The notes under the pieces were generated by a model, which searched no databases, was not told where the DNA came from, and worked only from the letters and a program-made list of their open reading frames with translations. A stretch of 64,000 bases of DNA from NCBI GenBank assembly GCA_016699405.1, contig CP064972.1:4172130-4236129 (forward strand), given 5' to 3'. The stretch comes from Holophagales bacterium. Lineage in GTDB: Bacteria; Acidobacteriota; Thermoanaerobaculia; Multivoradales; JAGPDF01. Shown piece after piece: positions 19,454 through 29,652 of the stretch (position 1 is the first letter of the stretch; the number at the start of each line of letters is the position of its first letter). A program made the position numbers and the translations under genes.

Positions 19454-20748
19454 GCCCGGCCGAGCTCGTCGCGCTCGCTCGTGACGCTCGACGCGCCCAG
19501 CGTCGGCTCGCCGCCGGCGGCGGCGAGCGGCGGACCGCGGTGCTGCGCCGCCTGGCCGAACGGCTCACCACGCACCAGGAGGAGCTGATCGCGGAGAACC
19601 GCGCCGACGTCGACGAGGCCGAGCGCCAGGGCCTGGCGCGGCCGCTGCTCGACCGCCTGCGGCTCGGCGCCGGCAAGCTCGCCGTCCTCGGCCAGGGCCT
19701 CGAAACCCTGGCGGCGGCTGGCGACCCCGTCGGTCGCGTCCTGCGCGCCACCGAGCTCGACGAAGGCCTCGTCCTGCGCCAGGTCACGAGCCCGCTCGGC
19801 GTGCTGCTGGTGATCTTCGAGAGCCGCCCCGACGCCGTGGTGCAGATCGGCGCGCTGGCGTTGCGCGCCGGCGATGCGGTCCTCCTCAAGGGGGGCGCCG
19901 AGGCCACGCGCTCCAATCGCGCCCTCGTCGGTTGCCTGCGCGCCGCGCTGGCCGACGAAGGGTTGGACCCCGCCGCCGTCACCCTCGTCGAAGGTCGCGA
20001 CGCCGTGCACGGCCTTCTCGCCCTCGACCACGAGATCGACCTGGTGATCCCGCGGGGCTCGAGCGAGCTCGTGCGCACGGTGCAGGCGGCCACCCGGATT
20101 CCCGTGCTCGGACACGCCGAGGGCATCTGCCATCTCTACCTCGACGCGGCGGCCGACCCCGACAAGGCGCTGCGCCTCGCCATCGACGGCAAGTGCGACG
20201 CGCCGTCGGCCTGCAATGCCACCGAGACGCTGCTGGTCCATCGCGCCTTCCTGCCGCTCCTGCCGGCGCTCGGTGCGGCGTTCGCCGCCCTCGGCGTCGA
20301 GTTGCGGGCCGACGACGAGGCACTCGCCGTGCTGCCGGTGGCCATGCCGGCCGGCGAGCGCGACGGGGCGACCGAGTACGGCGACCTGATTCTCGCCGTG
20401 CGCACCGTCAGCTCGCTCGACGAGGCGGTGGCGTGGATCCACGAGCACGGCTCGGCGCACACCGACGCGATCGTCACCGAAGACCGCGTCGCCGCCGCCC
20501 GATTTCTCGCCGAGGTCGACTCGGCCTCGGTCTTCGTCAACGCGTCGACGCGCTTCGCCGACGGGTTCCGCTACGGACTGGGCGCCGAGGTCGGGATCAG
20601 CACCTCACGCCTCCACGCCCGCGGCCCGGTCGGCGTCGAGGGTCTGCTCACCACGCGCTGGCTGCTCGAGGGCGATGGCCACGTTGCCGGCGACTACGCT
20701 CCCGGTCGACGCACCTTCCGCCACCGGCCGCTCGCGCCCGCACCGTAA
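19450..20748 (+). CDS. proA: gamma-glutamyl phosphate reductase
   Basis: Aldehyde-dehydrogenase-like protein with conserved catalytic Cys (…DAPSACNATETLLVH…). Translationally coupled to proB. Confidence 0.9.
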   Translation: MSPAELVALARDARRAQRRLAAGGGERRTAVLRRLAERLTTHQEELIAENRADVDEAERQGLARPLLDRLRLGAGKLAVLGQGLETLAAAGDPVGRVLRATELDEGLVLRQVTSPLGVLLVIFESRPDAVVQIGALALRAGDAVLLKGGAEATRSNRALVGCLRAALADEGLDPAAVTLVEGRDAVHGLLALDHEIDLVIPRGSSELVRTVQAATRIPVLGHAEGICHLYLDAAADPDKALRLAIDGKCDAPSACNATETLLVHRAFLPLLPALGAAFAALGVELRADDEALAVLPVAMPAGERDGATEYGDLILAVRTVSSLDEAVAWIHEHGSAHTDAIVTEDRVAAARFLAEVDSASVFVNASTRFADGFRYGLGAEVGISTSRLHARGPVGVEGLLTTRWLLEGDGHVAGDYAPGRRTFRHRPLAPAP

Positions 20749-20788
20749 CCTCTCGGTTGTCGAACGGCTCCCGCCGGCGCTGCGCCGC

Positions 20789-21265
20789 TTACTCGGCGAG
20801 GTCCTGCTCCAGTCGGGAGCGCCAGCCTTCGACGGTCGAGCGATCCGAGGCGCCGGGATAGAAGCGCCCCGGGGCGAACAGTGAGAGCTTCTCGCCACCG
20901 CGCAGCGTCAGGACCAGGAAGTGCTGCATGACGTCGCTCGACCGCTTCCCGAGCGAGCCGACCCCGACGCCGAGCACCTCCGAGAACTCGATCGTCCGGC
21001 GCTTCGTGGCGAAACGACCGCTGTCCTCGATGGTGATCCGACGCTCGCGCGGGTCGATCGTCACGCGCTGCCGACCTCCAGTGACGAGACCGGCGACACC
21101 GATCGCCAACAGGAGAAGACCCAGCGCGAATCCGGCACGCGCGTTCGGGCCTCCGGCGTCGAGGTGGCGAAAGCCGACCACCAGCAGGAGGCCGACCGCG
21201 GTCGACAGCAAGGCCGTGCCGGTCTGTTTGGCGGGACTGCTCTGCGCTCCCCAGGCCTCCCTCAC
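20789..21265 (-). CDS. small membrane protein, possible bacterial PH-like (bPH) domain
   Basis: Two N-terminal transmembrane helices followed by a soluble domain. Starts 22 nt downstream of the kinase gene on the same strand. Confidence 0.5.
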   Translation of the reverse strand: MREAWGAQSSPAKQTGTALLSTAVGLLLVVGFRHLDAGGPNARAGFALGLLLLAIGVAGLVTGGRQRVTIDPRERRITIEDSGRFATKRRTIEFSEVLGVGVGSLGKRSSDVMQHFLVLTLRGGEKLSLFAPGRFYPGASDRSTVEGWRSRLEQDLAE

Positions 21266-21286
21266 CGAGCCCTCCTCCGATCGTGA

Positions 21287-23254
21287 TCAGGTGCGCGCCG
21301 CGCCGGACGGCGGACCGCCTTTCGACCCGCCCGTCGGAAGCCACTGCGTGTGGGCAGCGGTGGCGAAGGCGTCGTCGGGCCGGGTCGAGACCGGAGAGGC
21401 CGGGAGCTTCCAGACGGCGTCGCGGACGCGCACCCAGTCGACGAGCTCGGCGACGGTCTCCGCCGCCTCGGGTCGCTTCTCCGGGTCGCGCTCGAGCAGG
21501 CGATGGACCAGCGACGCGAGCCGCGGCGGAATTCCGGGCACCAGATCGGCGAGCGGACGGATCCGCGCCGACAGCGTGCGCTCCATCACCTCCGAAGTGC
21601 GCGGCGCAGCGAACGGCTGCTCGCCGGACAGGGCGGCGTAGAGCACGACGCCGAGCGAGAAGAGGTCGCCGCGCGGAGTGAACGGTTCGGAGAGAAAGAC
21701 CTCGGGCGGCACAAAACCCGGCGTGCCGAAAATCCGTCCCGGCTCGGCACGGGCCGCCGAGGCGACGAACGCCGCGAGCCCGAAGTCGACGACCTTGATC
21801 GCGCCATCGCGCCCGAGCAGCACGTTGCCGGGCTTGATGTCGCGATGCACGACGCCCTGCGCGTGCGCCAGCTCGAGCGCCCGGGCAACGGCGAGGCCGA
21901 GGCAGGCGGCGGGATCGGCGCCGAGGCGGCCGACCTCCCAGAGCAGCAGCTCGAGCGTCTTGCCTTCGACGAGCTCCATGGCGATGAAGGCACCGCTCGG
22001 CGACGCGACGGCGTCGTAGACCGCCACGACGTGCGGGTGGGTGAAGCGAGCGATGGTCGTTGCCTCGCGCAACAGCGCGGCGATCCGCTCGTCGCGCTCC
22101 AGCTGGGCGACGGCCGAGTCGAGACGCAACGTCTTGAGGGCCACCGGTCGCTCGAGGCGCGGATCCCAGCCGCGATAGACCATCCCCATGCCGCCCACGC
22201 CGAGCGCCTCGACGACCTGGTAGCGGCCGAGGAAGACGCGCGAGAGGTCGTCGCGATCGGCCACGCCGCGCGCCAGCCGGGCGAAGCCGGCCTCGAGCTG
22301 CTCGATCTCCGAGCCGCTGGCCGCCGCGCCGCCGGCCGCCCGCTGCGCCTCGAGCATCCGCCGCACCGGGCGCACGATGGTGATCCACGCCCCCTGCGCC
22401 GCGAGCGCCACCAGCGCCAACGCCGCGGCGATGGCGAAGAGAGCGCGCCGCCGCATGCGCCACGCCGCCGCCTCGGCGACCGCGGCGCTCTGCCGCGACA
22501 GCACGACCCAGGAGGATCCGGCCACCGGCGCCCAGGCCCCGAGCTGACGATCGCCGCCCCGGCTCTCTGCCTGCTGGGCTCCGCGCGCCCTGCCGGCGAG
22601 CGCCATCTGAACCACCGTGGGCGGCATTTCGTCGAGCGTTTCCAGCGGCCCGGCGAGCACCGCCCCCGAGCGATCGGCGAGCACCAGCACCGCATCGTCG
22701 CCGAGCTCCTCGGGACGCAACAGGTCCCCGAGTCCGCCACCCGCGGCGACGAGACGCACCGCCCCGCCACCGCTCGGACGGTCGACGATCACCAGCAGGT
22801 CGGCGCGCTCGCCCAGCCCACGGACCCCGGGCTGGAGCGGCAGGCCGCGCACCCGTTCACCCGCCGCGCGAGCGACCGGCGACGCAAGCTGCGCCCGCAC
22901 CCCTTCCCGCCCCTCGCCATCGACCAGGGCGAGCGCGAGCGCGCCGAGGTCGGCCCACGACGAGAGGCTCTCGCCGAGAAGACGTCGCGCCGCCGTCCCG
23001 TCGGCCTCGGCGAGCTCCGGGCGCGCGGCGAGCGAGGAGACGAGGGCGGAGCGGGTGGCGAGCCAGGACTCGACCCGCTCGGCCGTCGCCCGCGCCGCCA
23101 CCACGTGACTGCGCAGGACCTGCTCGGTCATCGCCTCCCGGTTGAGCGAGACGAGCTGCCAGGAGACGAGCCCGAGCGGCAGCAGCGCGACGAGCGCGAG
23201 CGCCGCCGCGACGCGTGCGAGCAGCCCCGAACCCCGGCGCCGTGGCCAGCTCAC
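21287..23254 (-). CDS. sensor serine/threonine protein kinase (N-terminal TM-periplasmic sensor-TM, C-terminal Hanks kinase)
   Basis: GVGGMGMVYRG…VALK, HRDIKPGNVLL, DFGLA and GTPGFVPPE motifs. Two transmembrane segments flank a periplasmic domain of about 230 aa. GTG start with GTGA overlap onto the upstream FHA-EAL stop. The rest of track ORF 21287..26698 is read-through artefact. Confidence 0.8.
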   Translation of the reverse strand: MSWPRRRGSGLLARVAAALALVALLPLGLVSWQLVSLNREAMTEQVLRSHVVAARATAERVESWLATRSALVSSLAARPELAEADGTAARRLLGESLSSWADLGALALALVDGEGREGVRAQLASPVARAAGERVRGLPLQPGVRGLGERADLLVIVDRPSGGGAVRLVAAGGGLGDLLRPEELGDDAVLVLADRSGAVLAGPLETLDEMPPTVVQMALAGRARGAQQAESRGGDRQLGAWAPVAGSSWVVLSRQSAAVAEAAAWRMRRRALFAIAAALALVALAAQGAWITIVRPVRRMLEAQRAAGGAAASGSEIEQLEAGFARLARGVADRDDLSRVFLGRYQVVEALGVGGMGMVYRGWDPRLERPVALKTLRLDSAVAQLERDERIAALLREATTIARFTHPHVVAVYDAVASPSGAFIAMELVEGKTLELLLWEVGRLGADPAACLGLAVARALELAHAQGVVHRDIKPGNVLLGRDGAIKVVDFGLAAFVASAARAEPGRIFGTPGFVPPEVFLSEPFTPRGDLFSLGVVLYAALSGEQPFAAPRTSEVMERTLSARIRPLADLVPGIPPRLASLVHRLLERDPEKRPEAAETVAELVDWVRVRDAVWKLPASPVSTRPDDAFATAAHTQWLPTGGSKGGPPSGAART

Positions 23255-24390
23255 GGCAGCTCCTCCGGCAAGGGCGCCGGACGGCCGAAGTGGAACCCCT
23301 GACCATGGGAGAAGCCGAGCTCGGCGCAGCAGCGCGCCTCCCCGGCCGTCTCGATCCCCTCGGCGACGGTTTGCAGGCCGAGCCGGCGCGCCGCGTCCAC
23401 CAGGGCGGCGACGAACTGCCGCCGGGGCTCGCCGGCACGATCGATCCCGCGGACGAGCTGGAGATCGAACTTGAGAAACTGCGGCGGCACCTCGAGGATC
23501 TCCTGCAAGCGGGCGAGGCCGGCGCCGAAGTCGTCGTAGGCCAGGCCCATGTCGAGTGCCGCGAGCTCCTCGCGCAGGATTCGCAGGCGCTCGACCGGCA
23601 TCGCCAGCTGTTCGCTGATCTCGACGACGACACGGCGCCCGGGGTGAGCGCGCCGCATCGCGCGGAACGAGGCGACGAGACGGCGCGTCTCGAGCTCCCC
23701 GGCGTTGACGTTCAGGAAGAGCAGCGACTCCGGCGGGAGATGGCGGGCCGCATGAAACGCGTCCTGGCGGAGGAGCTCGGTCAGCTCGACGTCGAGGCCG
23801 ACCTCCTCGGCGATCGAGAAGAGCCCGAGCGGGGACTCCGGAAGGTCCTCGTCCCGTCCGAGGCCGAGCGCCTCGTAGCCGATCCGTTCGCCCTCCGGCA
23901 GCCGCACGATCGGCTGGAAGCGCGACTCGACCCGCCGCTCGTCGATCAGCCGGCGCAGGCTTCGCGCCTCTTCGATCCGGCTGCGCAGGCGCGGCATGGC
24001 GCAGGGCGGCGAGCTCAGCGTCGTCGTCTCGAGCCAGACACGATCCTGCTCGCCGGTCAACCGCCCGAGCCGGAACTCGAGATCGGCGAAGTGGACGATG
24101 TCTCCTTCGGCGAACACCGTCTCGCCGGTCAGCCGGACCCCGTTGAGGTAGGTGCCGTTCGTCGAGCCGAGGTCGCGCAGCAGGAGCGCGGCCGGGCCGC
24201 GACGGATCTCGGCATGTTCGAGCGAGACCTGCGGCGACGGCAGTGCGAGGTCGAGATCGGAACGACGACCGACGCGGCAGGGCAGGCGCGCCAGCGCGAG
24301 CCGCCAGAGCTGACGCGAGGAGGGCTCGATTCCCTCGAGGTACCACTCGAACGACGCGGGTCCGGAGCTCGTCATCGGAGGCTGCCACAC
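23251..24390 (-). CDS. FHA domain-EAL domain protein (c-di-GMP phosphodiesterase with phosphothreonine-binding FHA)
   Basis: FHA region (…LRDLGSTNGTYLNGVRL…), then an EAL domain with the EAL, DDFGAG and EGIET motifs. Confidence 0.8.
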   Translation of the reverse strand: MWQPPMTSSGPASFEWYLEGIEPSSRQLWRLALARLPCRVGRRSDLDLALPSPQVSLEHAEIRRGPAALLLRDLGSTNGTYLNGVRLTGETVFAEGDIVHFADLEFRLGRLTGEQDRVWLETTTLSSPPCAMPRLRSRIEEARSLRRLIDERRVESRFQPIVRLPEGERIGYEALGLGRDEDLPESPLGLFSIAEEVGLDVELTELLRQDAFHAARHLPPESLLFLNVNAGELETRRLVASFRAMRRAHPGRRVVVEISEQLAMPVERLRILREELAALDMGLAYDDFGAGLARLQEILEVPPQFLKFDLQLVRGIDRAGEPRRQFVAALVDAARRLGLQTVAEGIETAGEARCCAELGFSHGQGFHFGRPAPLPEELP

Positions 24391-24508
24391 GAGGTGAGCG
24401 AACGCTGCCCACGTCGATCGACTGGCTTATCATAAGGGCAACCGTTCGAGTCAGGCCGGGTGCCGGACCGCGCTTGCCGGTCCATGCTCCGACGACGAGG
24501 AGACCTCC

Positions 24509-26266
24509 ATGCGCCAAGCTCACGCGACGATCTGCCCGGCTCTTCTCCTCCTGCTCGGCGGAGCGCTCGCGGCCGGCGCGAGCGAGCTCCAGCCCCAGGG
24601 TTGGCACGTCGTGCGCCCCGGCGACACACTCCTCGATCTCACCCGCACCTACACCGGCTCGACCGACCCCTGGAGAGACAACTGGGGGCTCAACACCTTC
24701 GTGCAGGATCCCGACCTGCTGCAGCCCGGCTGGCGCCTGCGCCTGCTCCTCCAGCCGGCGCACTCGCGGCCCGCGGCACAGCTCGTCCAGCTCGCGCGAC
24801 GCGTCGAGAGCAAGCCCGCGCCGCAGCCGTGGGGTCCCGCTCAGGTGGGCGACCTGCTGCTCGACCGTGACGCGGTGCGGACCTTCGACGGCGCCTCGAC
24901 CGAGCTCGCCTTCACCGACGGCGGCCATCTGCGCCTGACCGAGCGTTCGCTGGTCTTCCTCGTCCGCCCCACGCAGTCTGTCGCCAGCGCCCGCCGCGGT
25001 GTCGAGATCGTCGAAGGCGAAGCCGACCTCCAACTCGGCGACGCCGGAGCGGCACGGCGCGAGGTCGAGGTCGTGGCCGGCAGTGCGCGCGCCGCGCTGC
25101 GCACGGCGCCCGGCTCCGAGGCCTCCTCGCGCACGCGACGCGCCGTCGCGGGCGGTTCGCAGTGGATGATCTACCAGGGTGACGCGACGCTCGCCGCCGG
25201 CGGCAAGCGCGTCGAGCTCGCCGCCGGCACCGGCAGCACGGTCGCCGCGAAGTCTCCGCCGACGCCGCCCGAGGCCCTGCTCCCGGCGCCGGCGCTGCGA
25301 CCGACCCACGGCTCGGCGACGGTCGCGGCCCATCTCGAGCTCGCCTGGGAGGCGGTGCCGGGCGCGGCCCGTTACATCGCCGAGCTCTGCCCGGATTCCG
25401 CCTGCGGCGTCGTCCTGCAACGCGTGACGGCCCTCGCCGAGCCGCTCTGGCGGCCGGAGCCGATCGAACCCGGCGACTACTACTGGCGCGCCAGCGCGGT
25501 CGCCCCCTCGGGGCTCGACGGCTTCGCGGCCCCGGCCCAAGCACTGAGCGCCCTCGACCACGAGCCCGACACGCTGGCTCCCGAGGCGCGCCTGGGAGTC
25601 GGCGGCCCCCACGTCGAGATCGACGGCGAACCGGTCTTCTCCGGCGAGGCGATCGTCCAGCTCACGGCGAGCGACGAGGGCAGCGGCGTGGCACGGCGGA
25701 CGCTTCTCGTCGACGGCACCGCAGCCGAGGAGTCGCGGCTGCGCGGACCGTGGGCGAGCGGCGAGCATCGGGTCGAGGCGCGCGTCGCCGACCGCGCCGG
25801 CAACGAAGCGGTCGTCGGGCCGTTGATCTTCACCGTCGACGCCGACGCCCCGCAGATCGAGCTCGAACCGGCGACCGCGGGATCCGACTCGAACGGCGTC
25901 TGGCGGATGCTCAGCGAGCTCTCGTGGACCGCCGATCAGGGATGGAGCGCCTGGCGCTGGATCTCCGGCGAGCGTCGCCTGCACCGCGACCTCGTCCGCG
26001 GGGCCTGGAGCCTCGGGGGCGGCGAGCCGACGCTCTCGCTCGCGTGGCGCGGCACGCCGCACGTCAGCGGCGATGGCACGCAGGCGATTCCCGGTGGCCC
26101 GTCGCTCGCCTTCACCGCACGCGATGCCGGATCCGGGGTCGCGACCTTCCGACTGCGGCCGAAACAGCGGCGTGAGGGCGATCGGCAGATCCTCGTGCTC
26201 CGTTTCGACAGCGCCGACCGGCTCGGCAATCGCCGGGTGCTGACGCTCGAAGTCCGTCCCGATTGA
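24509..26266 (+). CDS. secreted LysM-FecR domain protein with C-terminal Ig-like/β-sandwich region
   Basis: GAGGAG RBS. Signal peptide. LysM (WHVVRPGDTLLDLTRTY). FecR-like region (…DAVRTFDGASTELAFTDGGHLRL…). Confidence 0.7.
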   Translation: MRQAHATICPALLLLLGGALAAGASELQPQGWHVVRPGDTLLDLTRTYTGSTDPWRDNWGLNTFVQDPDLLQPGWRLRLLLQPAHSRPAAQLVQLARRVESKPAPQPWGPAQVGDLLLDRDAVRTFDGASTELAFTDGGHLRLTERSLVFLVRPTQSVASARRGVEIVEGEADLQLGDAGAARREVEVVAGSARAALRTAPGSEASSRTRRAVAGGSQWMIYQGDATLAAGGKRVELAAGTGSTVAAKSPPTPPEALLPAPALRPTHGSATVAAHLELAWEAVPGAARYIAELCPDSACGVVLQRVTALAEPLWRPEPIEPGDYYWRASAVAPSGLDGFAAPAQALSALDHEPDTLAPEARLGVGGPHVEIDGEPVFSGEAIVQLTASDEGSGVARRTLLVDGTAAEESRLRGPWASGEHRVEARVADRAGNEAVVGPLIFTVDADAPQIELEPATAGSDSNGVWRMLSELSWTADQGWSAWRWISGERRLHRDLVRGAWSLGGGEPTLSLAWRGTPHVSGDGTQAIPGGPSLAFTARDAGSGVATFRLRPKQRREGDRQILVLRFDSADRLGNRRVLTLEVRPD

Positions 26267-26312
26267 GCGCCGCGGGTTCGACGATCGGCGGCGGACGCGA
26301 GACGACCGCGGC

Positions 26313-28718
26313 ATGAAGACGGGCGCGCTCGCCCGCCTGCGGCGTCGTCTGCCGTCGCGTCGCGTGCTGGGACGCTCGGCGCTCGCTCTGGCCGGCGTCG
26401 GCGCCGCGGCGCTCGCGGCCCTCGCCTTGTCGCGCGCCCGGCTCGAGTCGCCCGCGCCGACCCTCCTCGCCCGCGACCGGAGCGGCCAGTACCTTGGCGA
26501 GTTGCCGGCCGGCGACGACGACCGGCTCGGCTTCTGGCCCGCGACACCGATCCCGGAGCGCGTCGCCGCCGCGACGCTGGCGATCGAAGACCGTCGTTTT
26601 CGTCTCCATCCGGGCGTCGACCCGCTCGCCCTGCTCCGCGCCCTGCGCCAGAACCTCACCGCCGGTCGCCGCGTCTCCGGCGCCTCGACACTCGCCATGC
26701 AGGTCGCCCGGATGCAGCGCCCCGGCTCCCGCGGCTACTGGCGCAAGGCGCTCGAGGCCGCCACCGCGCTCCTCCTGACGGCGCGCTACGGCCGCGATGC
26801 CGTGCTCGCCCACTACTTGAGGATCGTGCCCTACGGCAATCGCATCCACGGGATCGCCTACGCGGCGCGGCGCTACCTCGACAAGCCGGTCGACGACCTC
26901 TCGTGGGCCGAGGTGGCCTTCCTCACCGCCATCCCCCAGTCGCCCGCTCGGATGAACCCCTACGACCCGCGCGGGCGCCTGCGGGCGATCCAGCGCGGGC
27001 GAGAGATCCTCGGACGACTGGCCGAACGAGGCGACCTCCCGGCCCGGGATCTCGCCGTGGCGCTCGACGAGATCGAGCACCTGCGCCTGCCCTGGCGCGG
27101 CGAGCGACCGGCCGCGGCGATCCACCCGCTGCTTGCTCTGGCCCGCCAGGTGCCCGAGGCCTGGCGCGCCAGCCGTCCGCTCCTCGCCACCACGCTCGAG
27201 CTCGAGCTGCAGCGCGAGGCCGAATGGCTCGCCTACCGCACGGTGGCCGACGAGTCCGACCGCGGCGCCGGCAACGCCGCGGTGCTGATCGTCGATCGCG
27301 CGAGCTGGGAGGTGCGGGCGGCGGTCGGCTCGACCGGGTACTTCGACACGCGACGCGGCGGCGCCATCGACTACCTGCGGCTGCCCCGCTCTTCCGGGTC
27401 GACGCTCAAGCCGCTGCTCTTCGCCCAGGCGCTCGAGCGCGGGACGATCGCTCCCAACACCGTGCTCGACGATCTCGAGCCCGGGCCGGGGGGGATCCTC
27501 AACTCCGACGAGCGCTACCTCGGCCCGCTGCTGCCGCGACTGGCGCTCGCCAACTCGCGCAACGTGCCGGCGGTCGAATTGCTGTCGCGTCTCGGCCTCG
27601 ACGCCTTCTACGGCTTCCTCGCCGATCTGCGCCTGCATGCCCACGAAGAGACGGCACGGCACTACGGTCTCGGCCTGGCGATCGGCTCGCTGCCCGTCAC
27701 GCTCGAGCGGCTCGTCACCGCCTACACCGTGCTCGCCGGCGACGGACGGCTGCAGGAGCTGCGCTGGCTCGCCGGCGCCCCGAGCCCCGAGGCACCACGC
27801 CGCGTGAGCGAAGCGACGGCGCGGCGGATCACCCTCTTCCTCGCCGATCCGCAGGCCCGGCTTCCGACCTTCCCGCGGATGGGCTTCTCCGAGTACCCGT
27901 TCCCGGTGGCCGTGAAGACCGGCACGTCGTCGCGTTACCGCGACGCCTGGACCGTCGCCTGGTCGGAGCGCTACCTCGTCGGCGTCTGGGTGGGACACCC
28001 CGACGAGCGGCCGATGAGCGCGCTCTCCGGGTATCGCATCGCCGCCCGGCTCACCCAGACGCTGCTCGAGCGACTGCACCGCGACGAGCTCGACGGCCAG
28101 TCCGGCCGCTCGTTCCCGCCTCCCGCCGGCGAGCATGCCGAACGGCTCTGCGCGCTCACCGGCGCGCGCGCCACCGCGGCCTGCGATCGCGTGCTGCTCG
28201 AGTGGCTGCCCGACGGCATCCCGGCCCCGGGCGACTGCCGCGCTCACCGTCAGGTGGGGATCGATCGCCGCAACGGGGCGATCGCCAACGCCGCCACGCC
28301 GCCCGCCGAGGTGGAGATGCGCACCTTCGTCGACCTGCCGACGCGCTACGCCGCGTGGCTGATCCACCAGGGGGTGCCGAGCCTGCCGCAGGCGCTCGCC
28401 GACGCGGCGCATCGCGCCGAGGCCCAGGTGCTCGATCTCTCCGGCCAGCTGCCGCGGGTCGAGATCACCGCCCCCGAGCCCGGCACGCGCATGCTGCGCG
28501 ATCCGGAGACACCGCCCGAGCTCAACACGCTCCGCCTCGCGGCGGCGGTCGAGCCGCCGGTGCCGCAGCTCGTCTGGTATCTCGACGGCCGCCCCCTGGC
28601 GACGGTCGAGAGGCCGTACACGCTGCGCTGGCAGCTCGAGCCCGGCGAACACGTCTTCCAGGCCCGCGTGCCGTTCAGCGAGGCACGCTCGCCGCTGGTG
28701 CGGATCACCGTCGAGTAG
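26313..28718 (+). CDS. pbpC: penicillin-binding protein 1C (bifunctional transglycosylase/transpeptidase)
   Basis: Transglycosylase EDRRFRLHPGVD, transpeptidase SSGSTLKP, PbpC-type C-terminal domain. 801 aa. Confidence 0.85.
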   Translation: MKTGALARLRRRLPSRRVLGRSALALAGVGAAALAALALSRARLESPAPTLLARDRSGQYLGELPAGDDDRLGFWPATPIPERVAAATLAIEDRRFRLHPGVDPLALLRALRQNLTAGRRVSGASTLAMQVARMQRPGSRGYWRKALEAATALLLTARYGRDAVLAHYLRIVPYGNRIHGIAYAARRYLDKPVDDLSWAEVAFLTAIPQSPARMNPYDPRGRLRAIQRGREILGRLAERGDLPARDLAVALDEIEHLRLPWRGERPAAAIHPLLALARQVPEAWRASRPLLATTLELELQREAEWLAYRTVADESDRGAGNAAVLIVDRASWEVRAAVGSTGYFDTRRGGAIDYLRLPRSSGSTLKPLLFAQALERGTIAPNTVLDDLEPGPGGILNSDERYLGPLLPRLALANSRNVPAVELLSRLGLDAFYGFLADLRLHAHEETARHYGLGLAIGSLPVTLERLVTAYTVLAGDGRLQELRWLAGAPSPEAPRRVSEATARRITLFLADPQARLPTFPRMGFSEYPFPVAVKTGTSSRYRDAWTVAWSERYLVGVWVGHPDERPMSALSGYRIAARLTQTLLERLHRDELDGQSGRSFPPPAGEHAERLCALTGARATAACDRVLLEWLPDGIPAPGDCRAHRQVGIDRRNGAIANAATPPAEVEMRTFVDLPTRYAAWLIHQGVPSLPQALADAAHRAEAQVLDLSGQLPRVEITAPEPGTRMLRDPETPPELNTLRLAAAVEPPVPQLVWYLDGRPLATVERPYTLRWQLEPGEHVFQARVPFSEARSPLVRITVE

Positions 28719-28777
28719 CTCGGCCGCACCGCTCGCGGTTCGCCACGACGGGATGGGTCGGCTAGAGTTGCCGTGCC

Positions 28778-29602
28778 ATGGATCGCGCCGATCGTCCCTT
28801 CCTCGCCGCTGTCGTCCAGATGAGCTCGACCTCTTCGGAGGAGGGCAACTGGCGGCAGGTCAAGTCGCTCGTCGAGCACGCCGCGCAGCTCGGCGCCCAA
28901 CTCGTGGTCACCCCGGAGAACACCAACTACCTCGGACCCCACGAAGAGAAGGTGCGCCGCGCCGAACCGCTCGGAGGGCCGACCTGCGCGAAGTTCGCGC
29001 ACCTCGCCGACGAGCTCGACATCCATCTCCTCCTCGGCTCGTTCAACGAGCGCGGCTCGCAACCGGGGCGGTGCCGCAACACCAGCGTCCTGTTCGGCCA
29101 GGAGGGCGAGATCCTGGCGGTGTACCGCAAGATCCACCTCTTCGACGTCGACGTCGCCGACGCGGTGCGCTTTCTCGAATCGGCGACCGTCGAACCCGGC
29201 GGCGAGGTGGTCGTCGCCGAGACGCCGCTCGGCAAGATCGGCCTGTCGATCTGCTACGACCTGCGCTTCGGCGAGCTCTACCGCAAGCTCGTCGACGGCG
29301 GCGCGGAGATGATCGCCATCCCCGCCGCCTTCACCGCCGTCACCGGCAAGGCGCACTGGGAGCCGCTCGTCCGCGCCCGGGCGATCGAGAGCCAGTGCTA
29401 CGTCCTCGCTGCCGCACAGTGCGGCAAGCACGACGACAACGGCCTGCGCGAGAGCCACGGGCACGCGATGATCGTCGACCCGTGGGGACAGGTGGTGGCC
29501 TCGGTTTCGGACGGTCCCGGTGTGGCGGTGGCCGAGATCGACCTCGATCGTGTGGCTCGGGTCCGTTCCGGGATCCCGATGGCGCGCCACCGGCGGCTCT
29601 GA
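28778..29602 (+). CDS. carbon-nitrogen hydrolase (nitrilase superfamily, Nit/omega-amidase-like)
   Basis: Catalytic triad context: TPENT (Glu), YRKIHLF (Lys), GLSICYDLRF (Cys). Confidence 0.85.
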   Translation: MDRADRPFLAAVVQMSSTSSEEGNWRQVKSLVEHAAQLGAQLVVTPENTNYLGPHEEKVRRAEPLGGPTCAKFAHLADELDIHLLLGSFNERGSQPGRCRNTSVLFGQEGEILAVYRKIHLFDVDVADAVRFLESATVEPGGEVVVAETPLGKIGLSICYDLRFGELYRKLVDGGAEMIAIPAAFTAVTGKAHWEPLVRARAIESQCYVLAAAQCGKHDDNGLRESHGHAMIVDPWGQVVASVSDGPGVAVAEIDLDRVARVRSGIPMARHRRL

Positions 29603-29652
29603 CCGACAACCCTGGGCGGGCGCTCGCGTATCTCCCTGCGGGAGGACGACCG

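Noticed and set aside
21287-26698. 1,803-aa minus-strand ORF spanning the kinase through the pbpC region
   Set aside because: Only the C-terminal 655 codons (21287-23254) form a real protein (sensor Ser/Thr kinase). Upstream, the frame runs antisense through the FHA-EAL, LysM-FecR and pbpC genes with R/A-rich content.
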